Shown here one piece after another: positions 44,238 to 47,070 of a DNA stretch of 47,070 bases. The notes beneath the pieces were generated by a model, which ran no database searches, had not been told where the DNA came from, and saw only the letters and a list, made by a program, of their open reading frames with translations. Position 1 is the first letter of the stretch; each line of letters begins with the position of its first letter. Source of the DNA: a bacterium. GTDB lineage: Bacteria; Patescibacteriota; Minisyncoccia; Phycocordibacterales; UBA1550. The stretch covers positions 1-47,070 of the forward strand of contig JAKANJ010000001.1 of assembly GCA_021823825.1 (NCBI GenBank), given 5' to 3'. Both the position numbers and the translations under genes were made by a program.

Positions 44238-44540
44238 ATGCACATACCTCAGGTACGGAAATACCTTTGTGTAGTCTGCAAGAAAAATGAAATTGTTGAG
44301 CATCGGACAGAGCATACCTATGAAGGCGATGTTCCCGACCAGTGTAACTGCGATCTGAGCACCCATGATGGGTACCACGTTTCTGGTGGGAAGTTGCTGA
44401 AACAGCGTCAGGAGGGCTGCTGGACTTCTCTCAGTACAAACATGCTGGCGGTTGGTCCTGGTGGTATTTGCGAGGACTGCCTGAAAAATGAAATCGTAAG
44501 AGCTCTTTTGCCACATCTTGGTTTCAATCCCTGGACATGA
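44238..44540 (+). CDS. Small Cys-rich hypothetical protein (possible Zn-binding)
   Basis: AAGGGGGA SD-like sequence before ATG 44238; CVVC, CNC, CEDC; followed by a terminator. Confidence 0.6.
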   Translation: MHIPQVRKYLCVVCKKNEIVEHRTEHTYEGDVPDQCNCDLSTHDGYHVSGGKLLKQRQEGCWTSLSTNMLAVGPGGICEDCLKNEIVRALLPHLGFNPWT

Positions 44541-44550
44541 CAACAGACAG

Positions 44551-44583
44551 AAAGCCGCACGGCAGTAGTATGTGCGGCTTTTT
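44551..44583 (+). terminator. Intrinsic terminator
   Basis: AAAGCCGCAC-GGCAGTAGTAT-GTGCGGCTTTTT. Confidence 0.75.
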
Positions 44584-44645
44584 CTTGTTTGTTTTTCCAC
44601 ATTGGCGTAATGATTATTTTCTTTGTTGGTGTATACTGGTACTAC

Positions 44646-46223
44646 ATGAAACTAGGGACAAAGATAAATCTTATTCTTATCGGTGTTGTCGCAGTGACTC
44701 TCACAATCGGTTTTTGGGTAATTGTCGGAATAGAAGCAGGGAATATTGAGAATCAAGTAGTTGGTGACACCAACACGGTCACAAAATTGGTCCAAGAAGA
44801 TGCATCTCGTGTACTCGCTCAGACACAGGCAAAAACAGGAATAACGCCAGATGAAACAGCATATTTGAAAAAAATTGTTGACGATGCTTTTTTGTTTGGA
44901 AAGACTGACCCAAAAGCTGCTTATGGTTTTTTCCACGATATTATTATTTTTGACAAGAATCTTTCTGTTCTTGTAAATAGCGGGGATACAAAAGAAAATT
45001 TTTCAAACGATGATCCAATTTACGTTAAAATTCGCCAAGATGTTTTAAGCGGGGCAAAGGCAAACGCTGAGTACGAACGTCTCAATGACGGTAACGACAA
45101 CAGTGACGTTCTTGTGTACGTCAGTCCACTTATAATTCACGATAGCAAAGGGGACCGCATTGTAGGGGTCATTGAAACTCATGCAATGAAAAATGCATAT
45201 CAAGATCGAGTAAATGCGTTGCGCGCGCGCATGCTAGGTGTTGGGGTTGTCTTTACTGCTGTTCTTGTTATCGCACTAGCAATCATTCTTGAGAGGCAAG
45301 TTGTTGGTCCGATTCGCAGATACTCACTTGTAGCACAAAAAGTTGCTGCAGGGGATCTTAAACAGCAGGTTGAGCACACTTCTAATGACGAAATTGGTAA
45401 ATTCGGTGAGGTTTTTAACCTCATGGTGAAAAACTTGCGTGAGCTTGACCAAATGAAATCTGATTTTGTTTCTGTGGCCGCACATCAGCTACGCACCCCT
45501 CTTTCCGGACTAAACTGGGTAATCAAGTTATTTATTGGGGGAGATCTCGGGCCAACTACGGAATATCAAAAGAAAATGCTTGACCGGGCATATGAGGCCG
45601 AACAAAAAATGATAACTTTGGTAAACGATCTCTTGAATGTGTCACGTATAGAAAATGGCAAATTTGGGTATAAGTTTGAGAAAAACGACCTTGCACTCTT
45701 ACTTAAAACACTTGTATCAAATGTTGATCTTGCCGCAAAGGAGCACAATATTGAAGTGAAGCTTGAACACAAGGGCGAACCATTTCCCGAATTTGTTTTT
45801 GATTCCGAAAAGCTTCTCATGGCGCTTCAAAATATTACAGACAATGCTCTCAAATACACGCTTCCTGGCGGGAGTGTAACAATCACAACAGAAAAAGCTG
45901 GTGACTATGCGGAGATAAAAATAAGCGATACCGGAGTTGGTATTCCAAAAGCGGAAATTCCTAAACTGTTTTCTAAGTTTTTCCGGGCATCAAACGTTAT
46001 TCACCTACAGACGGACGGTTCTGGCCTTGGTCTCTTTATTTCAAAAAATATTATTATTCAGCATGGAGGTCAGGTCTGGGTAGAGTCTGAGGAAGGGAAG
46101 GGCACAACAATAACCGTGGAGGTACCAACCAAAGAGTCCCTACTCCCCAAACAGCAAGAGGAGGAGGGGACGGCCTGGAAAACACAGGTGAGCCAGAGCG
46201 GAGAAGCAACGTGGAAGGTCTAG
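44646..46223 (+). CDS. Membrane sensor histidine kinase (TM-sensor-TM-HAMP-HisKA-HATPase_c)
   Basis: DEIG...FN.M HAMP, AAHQLRTPL H-box, NALKYT, DTGVGI, KFFRA, GSGLGL; start MKLGTK at 44646. Confidence 0.94.
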   Translation: MKLGTKINLILIGVVAVTLTIGFWVIVGIEAGNIENQVVGDTNTVTKLVQEDASRVLAQTQAKTGITPDETAYLKKIVDDAFLFGKTDPKAAYGFFHDIIIFDKNLSVLVNSGDTKENFSNDDPIYVKIRQDVLSGAKANAEYERLNDGNDNSDVLVYVSPLIIHDSKGDRIVGVIETHAMKNAYQDRVNALRARMLGVGVVFTAVLVIALAIILERQVVGPIRRYSLVAQKVAAGDLKQQVEHTSNDEIGKFGEVFNLMVKNLRELDQMKSDFVSVAAHQLRTPLSGLNWVIKLFIGGDLGPTTEYQKKMLDRAYEAEQKMITLVNDLLNVSRIENGKFGYKFEKNDLALLLKTLVSNVDLAAKEHNIEVKLEHKGEPFPEFVFDSEKLLMALQNITDNALKYTLPGGSVTITTEKAGDYAEIKISDTGVGIPKAEIPKLFSKFFRASNVIHLQTDGSGLGLFISKNIIIQHGGQVWVESEEGKGTTITVEVPTKESLLPKQQEEEGTAWKTQVSQSGEATWKV

Positions 46224-46263
46224 TTGAAATATTCTTTTTGTATTATAATAAAAAGTACCTATT

Positions 46264-47070
46264 ATGAGCGACAAAAGAAAAATAATTGTAATTGAGGACG
46301 ACGTTATTCTCAGTGATGTTCTTGCGATAAAGCTTAAGAAACTTGGTTATGATGTTGATAAGGCTCAGGATGACGTAGCAGCATTCCAAAAAATTAAAAC
46401 AGATCATCCTGCGTGCATCGTTCTTGATATTTTGATGGCACGAAAAGTTGGCATTGGACTTTTGAGCCAAATAAAAGCTGACCTTAGTCTTCGCGATATT
46501 CCTGTTCTCCTTACTGCAACCGCAGAAGATAAAGATGAAGTAAAACACGCTCGAGAGCTTGGCGCGCGCGATTTTATCTTTAAAGCCGTAATGGACCCAA
46601 ATGAGATTGTTGAGAAAGTGGGCCAAATGCTCTCAGGGGTAGCGCCCGCTCCTTTGCAAAGTACGGCAAGTCAAGCTCCGGCGTCAGCACCTCAGGCTAC
46701 GGCCCCAGTAGCAGGTGGAAAAACTTTTGTACTCGTCATTGAAGACGATAAATTCCTCAGAGAGCTTTTGGTGAGGAAGCTCTCAAGCGAAGGATTTGAT
46801 GTCCAGAATGCAATTGATGCTACTTCAGCATTCGCTATTTTGGCGCAACGAAAACCTACGATCATTCTTTGTGATCTTATTTTGCCTGAAGTAAGCGGTT
46901 TTGAAATTCTTCAGCGCATTAAAGCAGATCCAAAGATCTCCGATGTCCCCGTAATCATTTTGAGTAATCTTGGTCAGAAAGAGGACACCGATAGGGCAAT
47001 GGCTCTTGGTGCAAAAGATTTCATGGTTAAGGCAAACTTTACGCTTGATGAAATCGTTGAAAAGATTCGT
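46264..47070 (+). CDS. Response regulator with two tandem receiver domains (3'-truncated; absent from ORF track)
   Basis: Manual translation: MSDKRKIIVIEDD...VLDILM...LLTA...DFIFK, A/P-rich linker, VLVIEDDKFL...LCDLILP...ILSN...DFMVK...EKIR; open to window end. Confidence 0.9.
   Translation, partial: MSDKRKIIVIEDDVILSDVLAIKLKKLGYDVDKAQDDVAAFQKIKTDHPACIVLDILMARKVGIGLLSQIKADLSLRDIPVLLTATAEDKDEVKHARELGARDFIFKAVMDPNEIVEKVGQMLSGVAPAPLQSTASQAPASAPQATAPVAGGKTFVLVIEDDKFLRELLVRKLSSEGFDVQNAIDATSAFAILAQRKPTIILCDLILPEVSGFEILQRIKADPKISDVPVIILSNLGQKEDTDRAMALGAKDFMVKANFTLDEIVEKIR

Noticed and set aside
41508..44602. ORFs overlapping tRNAs and repeats (41508, 41601, 41684, 42163, 42360, 42575, 43554, 44142, 44408)
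   Set aside because: These are translations of tRNA or repeat sequence, or antisense shadows.

Overview
Origin-proximal chromosomal segment of a reduced-genome bacterium, most consistent with Patescibacteria/CPR (Parcubacteria-like). The evidence is the PrgI-TraC-VirB4-pilin cluster, the short YebC, DPYRE-tail and DUF5663-like proteins, and frequent -10 boxes placed just before start codons. The window holds pilB/gspE (partial), ruvB-yebC-ruvC, tyrS, a class A PBP, a dciA-like gene-dnaN-oriC-dnaA, rpmH-rnpA-yidD-yidC, a 12-kb T4SS-like cluster, rsmA, pcrA, a LysM-M23 peptidase, comM, a dksA-like gene, an NYN protein, rpsO, a Xer-type recombinase, xth, cca, four tRNAs, yraN and a two-component pair. 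The most unusual signal is non-coding. Three of the four tRNA genes are followed by modular fold-back elements: tRNA 3' end, hairpin, inverted tRNA 3'-end copy, structured module, then the tRNA 3' end again. The modules show compensatory base changes, tandem-GA caps, tandem amplification and an apparent nested insertion. Also notable: a 102-bp MITE-like element inserted at the start codon of the VirB6-like gene, a pilin fused to an M15-like peptidase domain, parS-like sites inside yraN and cca, several long loop-less palindromes, and a candidate ~180-nt structured RNA upstream of ruvB. All calls were made by eye from motifs; no database searches were run.
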